A stretch of DNA of 43,409 bases from Prorocentrum cordatum (taxonomy: Eukaryota): the NCBI GenBank assembly GCA_963575745.1, contig CAUYUJ010000259.1, positions 620,001 to 663,409 on the forward strand, given 5' to 3'. The translations under genes and the position numbers were made by a program. Below, piece after piece: positions 1 to 13,639 of this stretch. The stretch's first letter is position 1; the number at the start of each line of letters is the position of its first letter. The notes under the pieces were generated by a model that ran no database searches, was not told the origin of the DNA, and saw nothing but the letters and a program-made list of their open reading frames with translations.

Positions 1-1084
1 CGGTGTAACTACCTAATACGACCACCCTTCGGGTGATAAGCTGTTTCGGGGTGGGTGGTGGGAAGGGACCAACTGCTGGCAAACGCGATGGTTGTGATCA
101 TGATGATGTTGGTGACGTGCCCTCGAGTTAGCGACGACGCGTGATGTCGACGTTGCGCTGCGATGCAATGTCACTATCGTCCTCGCGTTCGATCTCACTC
201 GATCGATCCCACTATCGACCTCACCGCCAGTCTTTGTACCAATGGATATTGCGATCGATCCCATGAGCGATCTCACACTGAAGGGCGCTGAGTACGATGA
301 GGACACCATCGGGACACCAACGAGCCGATTCAGTGCCACCGTCACCGCGCTGTCATGTGATAGATGCTTGCTGACCGTGGTGGTTGACTGCTGATGGCGA
401 TGTGATGGTTCTTCTGCACGCGTGCAATCGTCTCCGAGTGCACTGCGCGCCAGTAGCCAGGGCGCTCCGTGAGCCTAGCTCTAAGCGTTCCGCTTGCTCC
501 TGCGCGCTCCCGGCGCTCGCTCGCCCGGCTCGTGGCTGGGTTGCCCAGAGCATCTGAAGAGTTGCCGGCCCGACACAACGCAGCTTGGGGCGAGCTCCAC
601 GAACACCGATCTGAAGCCAGCGGAATGGTGGAAGCGCTGCTCCAACTGGCGCGACCCCCCCCACATACTCGACATCACTGGAAGAGCCCAGCGGCAGGCC
701 GCTGGCAGAGAGTCTGGCGGCGAGGGGGGTGCTGGCGAAGAGGCGCGCGCTTCCCGCGGCACCCGCAGATCTGGCGAGGATGCAGAAGAAAGCATCATGC
801 GTCTGTCGCCAAGCGCGTTCCACTAGTCGCAAAGTTACTACTCGCAAGCGTCCGGAAAAAACATAAGCCTGCCTGTGTGCAATTCGTCGTACATCCCCTG
901 AGGCGGATCCAGGCCATTTGCGAGTAGCTACTTGGCGAGTGGTGGAGCGCGCTTGTCTAGTCTGGCTTGGTTGGGCAGCAAAACTGCGGGAGCAGTGGTC
1001 GCTGTGGTCGCGATGTTGGTCGCACTGGCCGCGGTGGTTGCATTTCGCGATGAGCGGTGGCCAGGCCGAGGACGCAGACAACCC

Positions 1085-1530
1085 TCTGAACCGATCCCAC
1101 AGTCGATGGTGAGGTCGATCCCACTGTTAGACCTCACCATGGGTCCCCGAACACTGATATTTCAGGGTCGATGGCACTCAATCGAGAACACCCGACCCCA
1201 CCATCGATCCCAATATAGATCTCACTGTAGATCTCGGTATCGATCTCATGATCTATATCAGTATCGGCTTTGCGATCGATTCAACGATCGACCTCACTAT
1301 CATTGTCACAATTGATTTCACAATCAATGTCACAATCAACCTCGCTCTCGATAACACTTTGGGTCTCACTATCCATCCCATTCTCACCGTCTCGTTATCG
1401 ATCTCACTGTCGATTTCACTCTCGATACCGAGGTGGAAACTCCCGGCCACCGCCGTCCGCTGCCGACAGAACACCGACGGGACACCAACGGGACACCAAC
1501 GGGGCAACAATGGGACACCACAGGACACCA
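1085..1530. repeat. Degenerate ~12-bp tandem repeat (TCGATCTCACTR-like), with a related block at ~120-330
   Basis: Recurring tcgatctcac/tcgacctcac/tcgatcccac words. The word cgggacaccaacg occurs both at ~310 and at ~1478-1500. Confidence 0.55.
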
Positions 1531-1729
1531 CGGCGAGACACCTTGGGTCACCGCGTGCCCACCGGGGGCGCAGGGGCCCGCCATTGCATCTGGACCGCCC
1601 TACCGATGGCGTGGTCATTCCTCCCGCGCGCCCACGCAGCGTTGCCCCTGGCGCACGACACGAAAACGAAAACGAGCCCGACTTCCCGGTGTGGGGCTCC
1701 GCGATCTCACCCCCCAAGCTCCAATACGC

Positions 1730-1805
1730 ATATATATATATATATATGTTTATATATATGTATATATATATAGTATATGTATATATATATAGATGTATAT
1801 GTATA
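1730..1805. repeat. (TA)n microsatellite
   Basis: Directly visible run of TA with a few G interruptions. Confidence 0.95.
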
Positions 1806-1943
1806 CTAGACTGCTTGCGGCAAGTCCAGCCACCGTGCCAGCCCAGCATTCAGGTTGGCGACGGTTCGACGGGGCACGAGAGGCCGTCACCTACGACATT
1901 TCTATTCTCCAGGCTTGACAAAACCGTAGTGAGGATTACGAGG

Positions 1944-2253
1944 ATGATGGGGCAGATTTCGATCATGATGATGCTGCTGATGATGATGAAGATGCTGGTG
2001 ATGACGGTGGTGCTGATCTTGATGTTGATGATGATTATGTTGTTGATGGTGATGATAATGATAATGCTGATGATGATGGCCATGCTCATGATGGACATGT
2101 GTATAGTAACATGGTGATTTGCTGGAGATGGTGATGTTGGTGGTGTTCATGTGGGTGTTGAAGATGGGGATGATGATTTTGAATGATGATGCTGGTGGCG
2201 ATGATGGTGATGTTGATGATGTTGATGATGATGATGAAGATGATGATGATGAA

Positions 2254-2292
<39 letters not shown>

Positions 2293-2503
2293 AATACTGT
2301 TGACGGTTATCATGACGACGACGACAACGACGACGCTGATGACGATGATTTTGATTGGACGGTAATTGTTACCATGATGTTGATGGTGATAATGTTTATG
2401 GTGATGATGAAGATGATGTTGATGTTGCTGATGGTATTCTGATGATTCGGATGGCGATGGCGACGAGGATAATGATGATGATGATGATGATGATGATGAT
2501 GCT

Positions 2504-2546
<43 letters not shown>

Positions 2547-2553
2547 CTGCTGC

Positions 2554-2585
<32 letters not shown>

Positions 2586-2700
2586 GTGATGCTGATGACG
2601 GTGATAGTGATGCTGATGCCGTTGCTGCTGCTGTCGCTTCTGCTGCTGCTGATGATGATGACAGTTATGATGATGGCGGTGATGGTGGTGCCGATGACAA
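1944..2700. repeat. (GAT/GCT/GGT)n trinucleotide microsatellite
   Basis: Long imperfect GAT run. It produces the poly-M, poly-D, poly-H and poly-I ORFs. Confidence 0.95.
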
Positions 2701-3304
2701 TGCTCACGTAAGGGCCCTGTTCGGGCGGCCTTGGCCGCTTGTGAGGAAGTCTTGCGGGTCCCTTGGGGCCGTTTTGGGGCCCTCTTGCGCCAGCTTGGGG
2801 CCTTCTTTGGCCGTCGTGGGGCCCCTTTGGCCGTGTGGTGGTTCTTGGGGCCGTCGTGGGGCTGTCTTGGTGCCGTCTTGGGCCGCCGAAGGGTTTTCAA
2901 AGGCTGTATTGGATCCCACGGGAGGTCCTCTTGCGCTGTTTTGTGCGCCGTCTTGTGTGCCCCTTGTCCCATCTTGGAGTCCTCTTGGGCCGTCTTTAAT
3001 TGACGGCAGCCCGACGCGGCGACAGTGCGAACATCCGTCACACAACAAAGGGGGATCAATGATGCTGGCGTCTTCGGACCCCGCTGGAGGTCTTCTGGTG
3101 GCTAGTTTAAGCCCTCTCGGAGGCATCTTGGACCCTCTTGCAAACATATTCGGCCGCCTAGAGGGCATTTTTGCCGTCTTCGAGGCATGTTGAACCGTCT
3201 GGTGTCCTTGGTTGCCTGCGCGGGCCGTCTCGGATGCTCAGGGCGCAGATCATCAACGAAGTGTCGTGGCCTGGGAGGCCTTGGAACGCTTGCGAGCAGC
3301 GCCT

Positions 3305-3535
3305 GTGAATGCGGGAAGCGCACGATCCGCGAGCGGGTGCGCGTGAGATGAGGGGTCTAGAAGATGGCAGCCATGCGGGAAGTGCACAATCTTCGAGCGG
3401 GCGCGAATAGAAAGAGGGTTCCCGCATGGGTTGCCATGCGAGAAGTGCACCAGTCTTGAGCGGATGCGCATGGAATGGAGGCCTAGAAAGTGGCTGGCAT
3501 ACTGGAAGGGTGCCATCTTCGAGCAGCCACGAGGG
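3305..3535. repeat. ~63-bp degenerate minisatellite, about 4 copies
   Basis: An ATGCGGGAAGTGCACAATCTTCGAGCGG-like core recurs at ~3309, 3373, 3436 and 3499. Confidence 0.75.
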
Positions 3536-3599
3536 AAGAGGCATCGGAGACACGGGGCGATGCACGCAGGAACCTGCCTACTAGGGAGGGGCAGGGTCC

Positions 3600-4100
3600 C
3601 TCATCAGGCCCTACCAGACAGACCTTGACAATACGCCTGGACGTGCCAGGGGGCACGGTGGCGGATGACGGGAAACATCTCTGGAAGGCTTGGCTCGAGC
3701 GATGCTGGCGTCGTTTCTCGCGTCGGCGGGGTCGCGAGCCCCCGCGCAGCATGATCATCAGTCGATGGCGGGACATGCCATGTTTCGTTTACCTTCTGCG
3801 CGCCATCGCCAGCCGAATGTCACTACGCTTGAGGGCCGAGCGTTCGGTGGCGACACGACCACCGTGGAGTTCCGCTTCGCGGGATGACGAATATGACGGG
3901 AGCGAGCCAGCGCACAGCATTTGGAGCTATCACCACGCACGCCGCGTTATGGTCGCCAGGGGGCGGCTGTGGCCGGAGGTCGACCTTCATGGGGGCCTGG
4001 ACGTTGCGGCACGTTCCAGCCATGTGGTTACCTCAGACGGCGACGCAACTTACTCGCCTGAAGCTCGGATATGGGATCGCCCCGGCTACATCATCACGCA
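3600..4100 (+). pseudogene. Possible decayed non-LTR retrotransposon fragment (region after the RT domain, Zn-knuckle-like motif, start of RNase H)
   Basis: Frame 3490 reads HSIWSY then VVTSDGDATYSPEAR. This loosely resembles the HxxWxC motif followed by the xYTDGS motif of RNase H. Very degenerate, and no RT motif was seen. Confidence 0.25.
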
Positions 4101-7100
4101 TTCCCCACGGTTAGAGCCCGCGCGGATTGCCTCACGGGGGGCCGGGGCAACTGGCGGCAGCCAAGCAGTCTGCCCAGGAGCGTGCAGCAGCGGTCCTTGC
4201 AGGCAAAGGTGCCAGCAAAGGAGCGGACCCACCGCGCGTGTCGCCCAGTGCCCGACCCTCGGGCCAGACGGGTGCACTTCTTGGACCGCCCGACCTACCA
4301 CTACATCGAAGAAGAAGTTGATTGTGCACAAAGCCCTGGGTCTCGACATTGCGCGCCGCGCGATCAACGACCACCACTTGGAGAAGAGGCTCAGTCGGTT
4401 CGGGAGAATGAGACGTCCAAGTGCTCCGATAGCCCGCCAGCTACTGCAAGGGGGAGTTCCAGCAGGTGGGGCATCGGCAGGGCCACCTCGACAACTACGG
4501 CACCATCCGCTGCGCCCAGGAGACGGCCGCCCCGTGAGAGTGTACCCGCACCAGCCCATGGACGGGAGGTGCGTCGCCGGGCGCGGAGCTGGATCCCCGG
4601 CGCGAGGGGCGGAGCCCAACCAGATGACGAGGTTGGGCGGAAAGACAGGCGCGAGGCCTACCTTGCAGTGGAGTTCCAGCATCTGCTTTTTCAATGGGCG
4701 CCAGCAGCTAGGGGTCAAATTGCTGAACAGAGCGTGAGATTTGTGACCTCGCTTGGCGCAAGGGCGCCAACCGCGGGGCTGCTTTCCCACGGTGGCTTGA
4801 CGCGCTCTCGCTTGCAGCACGGAGCGCTGAATGCGGCGTGCACCAGTATGACCAGGATCAAATTCGGAGCGGGATCGCCAATCCGAATCGGGCAGGACCA
4901 GCGCCGCCCACTGAGAAGCCGCGACGTCCACGCTGGCAGCCTCGTCCGCGTTGGTACTCGGGGGCGACGGCATCTGCAGCGCGTCCGGGTTTGCTTCGTG
5001 GTAGAGTGCCAAGACAGCGTGATGGTGGGCAAGGCTCGCTGGATCGGGGCGACTGGCCGTCGCCGCGTGCTGATCGCATCCACCCCGCGACCTTGTGGGT
5101 CGTTGGAGCGACAGGAGCTTGCGGGGCATATGATCGACGACGACCACGCTCCTCGGACCACGCCGTGAGCTCAAGGAAGTGAAGTCGTACACTGGGATGT
5201 TGGGCTTGCTAAAGCTTGCTGCAGGTGTTTGGTATAGTTGTGTGTTTGTTTTGTTTGTGTCCAACGCTAGTGCCTCCTCGTCCGCCCTCCTTCCTTTTCG
5301 GCCCGCTGCGTTGGCGACTTTGAGTTTGGCTCGGCCCGCAGCCCTGCCCTCGTATAGCCTGGGGCGTTGCCGACTTCGCATTGCCCGTGAGGGCGGCCCC
5401 CGCTGTCCTGCACTTTGCATATCCTGCGCATGATGCTTTGCGCAGTTTGAAAATCGCTGCTCGCCGCCGGCCCGAGGCCAGAGGGCGGTCTTCCCACCAG
5501 TGGGTGTTAAGCTGCGTGTGTTGCGTCCGTGGTCGCGTGCTGGCGCGGGGCGGCCTTGCGGTTGCCTCTGCGAATGCTCGCGAGACCCCAGCGTTGGGGT
5601 TGCGTCTTCAAAACAAGCGTCTCTCGCGCGGACAATTTGCGCACTGGGGGTGCCCGCGGTTGACGGGGAGCGATTTCGCGGAATTTGCTCGAGAAGAACG
5701 TTCCGCACTGTCTAGATTCAGCAGCGCTGTACACACGAGTAGTTCGACGCTAGACCGTGGCGGAATGCACGGTGCGCTTCGTTGGCGGACCGCTCGCAAT
5801 TGCCGTTTCGCCCGGGGCCCCCTCGCAACGTTGAGATGCTCGCAACATGGATTGGCACAACAAATCAGCGTTTCGTTGAGTCTTGGAAAGTGAGCGCTTC
5901 GGATCACCCTCGAAAACTTAAGGTGCCGTCAGAAGTGCGTTGCTACATTTCATGGCAGAATAAACGACACTCCCGCTAGACACCCCCAGACAATGAGCAG
6001 GGGCGCGGCAGACCAACGCGTCCAGCACGGCAGACCACGCCCTCTTTCACGTGGGACATCTTCAACACCTGCCCGTGTTGATATCGTTCTAAAGGTTTTG
6101 CAGACGAAGAAACGAGGGCCCCAAAAGGATCCCAAGATGGCTCGCAGAGCGCCTTGAAGCCTTCCAGAAATCACGGTTTCGCGAGGGACATTGTTGTTTC
6201 TGGCATCGTGCTTTATTTTTATGGGTTGTTTCAGCGCAGCCAACAAGAGCCCAACTTGGATCCCCAGATGACCCCGTGAACGCCCTCAATATTCCCAGCA
6301 TTGCCGATGTCGCTTGGGGCGCGCTTACAACGCTGAGAGTTCACCCGCATCACCTTTTGCACAAAGAGCGTTTCGCCTAATACACCCTCAATCGCAGTTC
6401 TTGGATGATCCGCTTTCCGAGGGCACGGCAAACCAGCGCGGCGGGCCAGCACGGCAGTCCAACACTCCGTAGTCCGTAGCCATTTTGGTTAAAGCCAGAT
6501 TCGGCGCGCGCGGCGTTTCCCCCGCTCGCGCGCCGAGCGCAGAGGGGCGGCGCGGCGCGCTCTGGCCGCGGCCGACGCGGCGTTCCTGCAGGCCCGCTCG
6601 CGCGCGCGCGCTTGAGAAGGAGGTGGCTGTCGTCGCCGAATCTCTGGGCGCGGTCGTCAGCGATTCCGACTTGGCCGGCAAGCTGCCCGCGGTCGCGTCG
6701 GCGCTTCGAATGTTGGCCCGCGGCGCGCAACCTCCGCGGTTTGTTCGCCTTCGGCGCAACGTGGCGCTACGCGCGCGGGTGAGAGCCATCGCTGGCCGCA
6801 TCGCTGGTGCGTCGGCGCTCGAGCGGCGGTCGGCGCAGAAGGAGGAACCGCTGGGGGCGGGCCCCGATGGCGCGTTCGCGCGCCCCCTGGAGGTCTGCGT
6901 TGCCGGCCCCGCGCTGCAGCTGAGCGGCCAGGGCCGCAAGCTGTGCGAGCAGCAGGCGCCGTCCGGGCTGCGCAGCGGCTCCTTTCTGGCCGAACAGGCC
7001 CCGTGGTCGCGCGCAGTCGGCGGCGCGGGTTCGGCGTTGAGCAGCACGACGGACTCGAGCGTAGTTTCGCGCAGGGGCCCGCCGCCGGCGCTCTGGAGGG

Positions 7101-8949
7101 CAGCGCCGCGGGCGCCGAGGCGCCTCCACTGCCGCAGGCCCGCGAGGCAGGGCGCCGTGCAATGCGGGGGGGAGTGCTCGCGCAGGACCCCGCGGAGGTG
7201 ATGGAGGAGTTGCCGTCGAAGCCGCTGGAGGCTCGCCAGGCGCGGGAGGCCGCGGTGGAGGCCGCGGTCGGCAGATGCGAGGTGTTCGAGCCCGGCGTCG
7301 ACGCGAAGCAGGGGCGTTTTTTGCGGACGACGGCTGCGAGATGGCATCGGCGAGTGTGCCCCGCGTCGGAGTGGAGTTCGCGGCCGATGCGCTGCAACTC
7401 GCGGGCGCGCGCCGGGGCGCGTCCGAGATGGCGGAGGTAGACAGGCAGTGTTTGTTGAGGGGCGTCGACGTGGAGTCCGAGGGGGGCGACCGCGGATCCC
7501 AGAACAGCTGCTTCGATGTCGACGACGAGCTCGCCAGGCACCATGGCCGCGACGCCTTCGAGCGCGACGCGAGCTGGGAACGATGGCGTGAAGGCGGACG
7601 CCGCGGCGGAGGCCACGCGGCTGGCGCTGGCCGGGGCTCGTCGTGGATCCGCTCTGGAGCCCGACGACGGCGGCAGCGAGGCCGAGGGCACTTGGCTTGT
7701 TCGGTCAGCTGGATGGAGTCGGCGAGCGCTCCATGATTGGCCTGTTTGCCACCACCACCATAAGTTGGAGGAGGAAGGGGGTGGAGGACGAGGAGGAGGA
7801 GGACGAAGACGCGGAGGAGGAGGAGGAGGAGGAACAAGAGGAAGTTTCCACCCTCCAAATTATGTTGATGGTGGTGGAAAACAGGCCCATGACTGCAGTG
7901 GCGGTGTCGGTGAGGAGGGGCTTGGGAACGGTTTCTACCATGTGCGGCTCGAGGCAGAGCTCAAGGGCTACGTTGTCGGCCCCCCTGAAGTCCTAATTGA
8001 GAGCCTCTCCCTGGTTTCGTTCCGCGGCGATTGCGGGCGCGTGGATGCCAGGGGCGTCGAATGGTCGCCGTGGATTGAGGCGGTGGCCAGGAACTGGTGG
8101 CCGATTGCGTGGCGGCGACGACGGGCAGGGAGGTCCAGTTCGCGGTTGCGCGGAAGGCACAGCCATGGTTCTGGCCAGGAATGTGATGCTGATCGCGAGG
8201 CCCAGCAGGGCCTGAAGGCCGATGGGGGTTCCAGCGGCTGCTTGGGCCGCGTGTTCTTGCATTGCTCCTCCCAGTGCAGTGGAAGCCGCTCTGGCTGAAG
8301 GGGTGGGTTTTCCTGTGTCGCGTCTTTCGCGCAGCGGAAACCGCTCTGGCAGCAGGGGGCGTTGTGGGAGCGGGGCCAACGGTGTGCCGTTCGGCCGCTC
8401 CGCCTCCGCCGCCCCGTTTCGCGGGTTGGGCCGGCCTGTCCCCGGGGCCTGGGCAGGCGGCCAGACGCGGCCCTTGCCCCGCGCGGGCCGGGCGTGGGCC
8501 TGATCACGTGCCTGTCCATTCCCCTTTTGTTGCGTTTGCCTTGCAGGCCGCACCGGACCAGGCTGGACCAGACCAGGCCAGGCTGGCAGACCCGCGCGGC
8601 AGACCCGCACGGCAGACCAAGTCGGCACACCGGCGCGGCACACCAGCACAGCACACCAATACGGCAAGCAGTTCGGCCGACAAGCATGGCCTTACAGCGC
8701 GGCAGACCAGCCGTCTTTTGCAGAGTTCTCGTCCCTTCCAGCAGGCTCCGTAGACAACGACGCTTCCCGTTCTTTTCCTGTCTCGCTCGAGGCATCTTCA
8801 AAAGTCGGTTAAGGAAAAGACTCTGGGCCCATTACTTTGATGGAGTCGCTTTCGGAGGGAGCCCAGCCGGCCCACAGCCGCCCCATCCGGGTCCCACGAG
8901 GCCCCCCAAACGCGCCCAGATGCCCCCAGGGGCGTAAGAGTCGTGCAGG

Positions 8950-9605
8950 ATGACGGGAGGCGCGCTTAGATTCGAAGGGTCGCACAATGGACATTGCGTC
9001 CCGGCCCCGACGGGAAGTATTTATCAAGTGGGGTGGTCCAAGGGGAGTTCTGGTGGGATCTCTCCGTAGCGGTGACGTGGCGGACGACGGCAAGCGCACT
9101 GAGTTCCGAAGGGTCGCGCGATGGACGTTTACGGGCATGGAGGGGACAGCATTATCACGGGGGGGCTCGGGGGGGAGTTGTGGTGGGTTTTCCTCCAAGA
9201 CTCGACGAGTCGAGCAAAGAACATTGTTTACTTCCAGGGGAAATATTTATGAAGTGGAGGATTCAAAGGGCGTCGGGCGATGGCTCTTTTGCAAGAGACG
9301 TGGCGGATGACAGGAAGCGCGCTTAGACTCGAAGAGTCGCGCGATGGACGTTGATTCCAGGCCCAGAGGGGAAATATTATCAAGTGGGGGGGTCCATGGG
9401 TTGAGTTGTTGCGGGATCGAGCCTCCGCGGCGATGTGGCGGATGACGGTAAGCGCGCTTAGACTCGAAAAGTCGCGCGATGGACGTTGGTTACGGGCCCG
9501 GGGGGAGGGACATTATCAAGTGGGGGGGTTGTTACGATGTAGGAGACGTGGCGGATTTGGAAAATGAGCGTTTCGCCTGAGACATCCTCGCCAAGTCGCG
9601 ATCGT
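8950..9605. repeat. ~115-135-bp degenerate tandem repeat, 5-6 copies
   Basis: The words GACGTGGCGGATGACGG, AAGCGCGCTTAGACTCGAAG, GTCGCGCGATGGACGTT and TTATCAAGTGGGG recur at ~8960, 9090, 9200, 9315, 9450 and 9565. Confidence 0.8.
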
Positions 9606-9857
9606 TGAGGCTCTATATTGCGACGTCTCGTGGTGCATGTTTGTGTTTGGTCTAAGGCATCCAGGAAAACACGGACTGCGCCAAGAACTGTTTTGAGACA
9701 TCTTCTCGGAGCGTTCTTGGATGCCCTCCGAAATGGCCTAAGAAGCGACGTATGGAAACAGCATATGAAGATGCTTAATACTTCTGTTCAAGAAGTAAGC
9801 GTTTCGCTCGAGCAACCCTTAAAAGGCGCCTTCGGACGGGCACTCGAAACCATCAGA

Positions 9858-9987
9858 TCATGATGAGGATGCCAGTGTGGAGGATGGTGATGCGGAGGTT
9901 AATGTTGACGCCGATGCTGATGCTGCTGATGATGATGATGATGATGGTCATACACATAAGAATAATAAGAATGATGATGCTGATGCT

Positions 9988-10034
<47 letters not shown>

Positions 10035-10558
10035 CGTTGATGATGTCGGAGCTGATGGTGATGATGATGGTGATGACGACCAGGCTGCTCGTAATGGAAA
10101 GTATACCGATCATGGTTGTGATGATGATGGTGAGGAGGAGGAGGAGGAGGAGGACGATGGTGACGACGGTGATGAGACGGATACTGATGATGTTGGTGAT
10201 GATGATGCCAGTTAGGATGATGATCATGCTAGTGATGTTGATCATGATGTTGGTGATGATGAATACGATGACGATGGCAGTGGTGATTATGTTGATGTTG
10301 ATGCTTGTGCTGATCAGGGTGACGGTGATCATGATGGTGATGGTGATGAAGCCGATCTCGCTTGTGATGATGTTTCTGCTGGTGATGGTGATGACGATGT
10401 GATGGGGTGTTGATGATGTTGACGATGACGGAAATAGATATGAAATTGATGATGTTGATGTTGTTGATGATTATGAGTATCGTTCTGAATATAATTATGA
10501 TGACGATTGTGATGATGATGATGATTGTGATGTTGATGATGATGATGACGATGATGAA
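9858..10558. repeat. (GAT)n trinucleotide microsatellite
   Basis: Long imperfect GAT run. Confidence 0.95.
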
Positions 10559-11616
10559 AGCGAGGGGGGTACTGAAGGGTACGGAGGACTGAGGAGGTCA
10601 TCATGACGACCGTGTGAATGTTCGGGGAGCGCATTGAGGACGTTCGGAGATCTCGCTCACATTACATGCTGTGCGTTCTTGCGCAGCTCTTCGCCTTCCC
10701 GCGCTTCCTGCTCATGTCAGGAAACGCGATGTTTTCAGGTGGAGCCACGGCGCGAGCTAAGCGGTGTTTCGGCGATCTCGTGGGCCGTTTTCGTGTCGAG
10801 CTCGCTCTGCAGCAACAGGGCAGAACCAAGGCAGAACGAGGAAACCCGAACGCAGCACGAACGCACAAACTTTCTGTTCAAGCAATTGCGAGGCGTCCTG
10901 ATCTGCCTGCGACCCCCCCAACAAATGTTCTAAGAACCTTCCATGGTCTACCCGACATGCTCTCTGACCAGCTCTGGCTCAGACACATTCCCTTTTAATG
11001 AAGAAGACTTTGGCGCTGTGTTATGCGAGCGTGTTGTTTCTGCTCTTGGAACATCCCTTCGTTCCAGGAATCTTTCGTGGCAGGCCTGCAGGAATGCCAG
11101 GACGGTCTGTCATTGCTCAATTGTGACCGTTCCCGTATTCATTGCTGTGCGAGCCCTCGCGACCCCCCCCTCTCCCCCGCCACCCATTGAGTATACCTTG
11201 GCCATTTTGGGGCGCCCGTTTCGAGCAGGCGGTGCCTCCCCCACAGGACGTTTTGCTGCAAACGGGCGCACGGAGCAGAGGTCCGGAGCCAGACGCCCCT
11301 CCTCCCCTCGGGAGCCTTGAGACGGGGGTCAATGCAAACGGTGGTCAGCCACGGCACCGGATCCTGCAGGATCCTGCGAAGACCCCTTCTGGCTGACCCG
11401 GGTTAGCGAGCCGCTCGTGGCCGCGAGGCGGCCGCACATATTGGTTGACCCGGGTTTGCAAAGACCTGCGTTGCAGTTTTTCCCAACCATCCTGTGGTGT
11501 TGGGTCCTCGTTTTGAAGAGACAGCGCCCCGCGTTCCCACCTCCCGCTGCCCCCTCCCCCTCCTCCCTCCTCCTCCCTCTCCTCCCTCCTCCCTGCGCTT
11601 CACCCACCCATTACAG

Positions 11617-13200
11617 CGTTTCGTGGCTCCATAGGGAGCTCCAGCAAAGGCCCCAGTGGCAGGGTCCGCATGCAGTTCCACCCCCATTTCGGCGCAACTC
11701 TCACACGTTTCGTGGCCCCATAGGGTGCTCCACCCAAGGCCCCAGTGGCAGGGTCCGCATGCAGTTCCACCCCCATGTCGGCGCACCCCTCACACGTTTC
11801 GTGGCCCCATAGGGTGCTCCACCTAAGGCCCCAGGGGCAGGGTCCGCATGCAGTTCCACCTCCATGTCGGCGCACTCCTCACACGTTTCGTGGCCCCATA
11901 GGGTGCTCCACCCAAGGCCCCAGTGGCAGGGTCCGCGGAAGGCCCCAGTGGCAGGGTCCGCATGCAGTTCCACCTCCATTTCGGCGCACCCCTTCCTTAT
12001 TTCGTGGCCCCATAGGGTGCTCCGCGGAAGGCCCCAGTGGCAGGGTCCGCATGCAGTTCCACCCCCATTTCAGCGCACCCCTCACACGTTTCGTGGCCCG
12101 ATAGGGTGCTCCGCTGAAGGCCCCAGTGGCAGGGTCCCCATGCAGTTCCACCCCTATTTCGGCGCACCCCTGACACGTTTCGTGGCCCTATAGGGTGCTC
12201 CGCCCAAGGCCCCAGAGGCAGGGCCCGCATGCAGTTCCACCTCCATTTCGGCACACCCCTCACACGTACCGTGGCTCCATAGGGTGCTCCGCCGAAGGCC
12301 CCAGTGGCAGGGTCCGCATGCAGTTCCACCCCCATTTCGGCGCAGCCCTCACACATTTCGTGGCCCCATAGGGTGCTCCGTCGAAGGCCCTCGTGACAGG
12401 GTCCGCATGCAGTTCCACCTCCATTTCGGCGCACCCCTCACACGTTTCGTGGCCCCATAGGGTGCTCCGCCGAAGGCCCCAGTGGCAGGGTCCGCATGCA
12501 GTTCCACTCCCATGTCGGCGCACCTTCACACGTTTCGTGGCCCCATGGTGTGTTCCGCCGATGACCCCAGTGGCAGGGCCCGCATGCAGTTCCACCCCCA
12601 TTTCGGCGCACCCCTCACACGTTTCGTGGCCCCATAGGGTGCTCCGCCGAAGGCCCCAGTGGCAAGGTCCGCATGCAGTTCCACCTCCATTTCGGCGCAC
12701 CTCTCACACGTTTCGTGGCCCCATAGGGTGCTCCGCGGAAGGCCCCAGTGGCAGGGTCCGCATGCAGTTCCATCCCCATTTCGGCGCACCCCTCACACGT
12801 TTCGTGGCCCCATACGGTGCTCCGCCGTAGGCTCCAGTGGCAGGGTCCACATGCAGGTCCACCTCCATTTCGGCGCACCCCTCACACGTTTCGTTACCCC
12901 ATAGGGTGCTCCATTCAAGGCCCCCGTGGCAAGTCCGCATGCAGCTCCCCCTCCATGTCGGCGCACCCCTCACACGTTTCGTGGCCCCATGGAGTGTTCC
13001 ACTTAGGGCCCCAGTGGCAGGTTCCGCATGCAGTTCCCCCTCCATTTCGGCGCACCCCTTCCACGTTTCGCGGCCACCAAAGGCCCTGGTGGCAGCGCCC
13101 GCACGTGGTTCCACCCTGCATTTCGGCGCACCCCTCACGCGTTTCGTGGCCTCAGATGGGGCTGCACCGTCGCCGACGGCTCCTGTGGCAGCGTCCGCAT
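11617..13200 (-). repeat. 89-bp tandem array, left arm (~17-18 units)
   Basis: Unit CCCCAGTGGCAGGGTCCGCATGCAGTTCCACCCCCATTTCGGCGCACCCCTCACACGTTTCGTGGCCCCATAGGGTGCTCCGCCGAAGG. Minus-strand ORF ends at 12526, 12615 and 12704 confirm the 89-bp period. Confidence 0.95.
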
Positions 13201-13639
13201 GGCGCACCCGTGCCAATTTTGGCACAGCCGCCACACGCGTCGTGGTCTCAGAGGGAGGCTCACCGAGGACGATACCCACACCTGCGTTACACACAGCTGC
13301 ACATGGTTGGGCCCTTCGCTGGGATACTTTTCTTCCTGCATTTCAGATTTTGGTTTTCTGCTGACCCGTGTCTGGATTGACTCGGGTCAGAAGATCCCCG
13401 ATCCCCCCCCTGCCGCCCAGTGTCGAAACGCCGAGTAAAGGAACGCTCACGTTGCTTAGCTTTAAGTCGGGCCAGTCCCTCTACAGGGGGAATATTCAAA
13501 CATAGTCAAAAATTATCCTGGCGAGGGACCCAACCATGTGCAGTTGTGAGTGACGCAGTTGTGGGTATCGACCTCGGTGAACCTCTCTGGGGTCACGACG
13601 CGTGTGACGGGTGTGTCAAAATTGGCACGGGTACGCCAT

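Noticed and set aside
1850..2710. Poly-M, poly-D, poly-H and poly-I ORFs (also at 9853-10634)
   Set aside because: Microsatellite translations.
5705..5780. Helitron 3' end (hairpin ACCGTG..CACGGT near CTAG)
   Set aside because: The CTAG lies upstream of the hairpin on the + strand, the spacing on the minus strand is unconvincing, and no Rep/helicase is present.
6388..8937. Long overlapping ORFs on both strands
   Set aside because: Very high GC suppresses stop codons and no recognisable domain was found. The segment 6485-7700 may be a decayed gene or repeat, but I cannot support a call.
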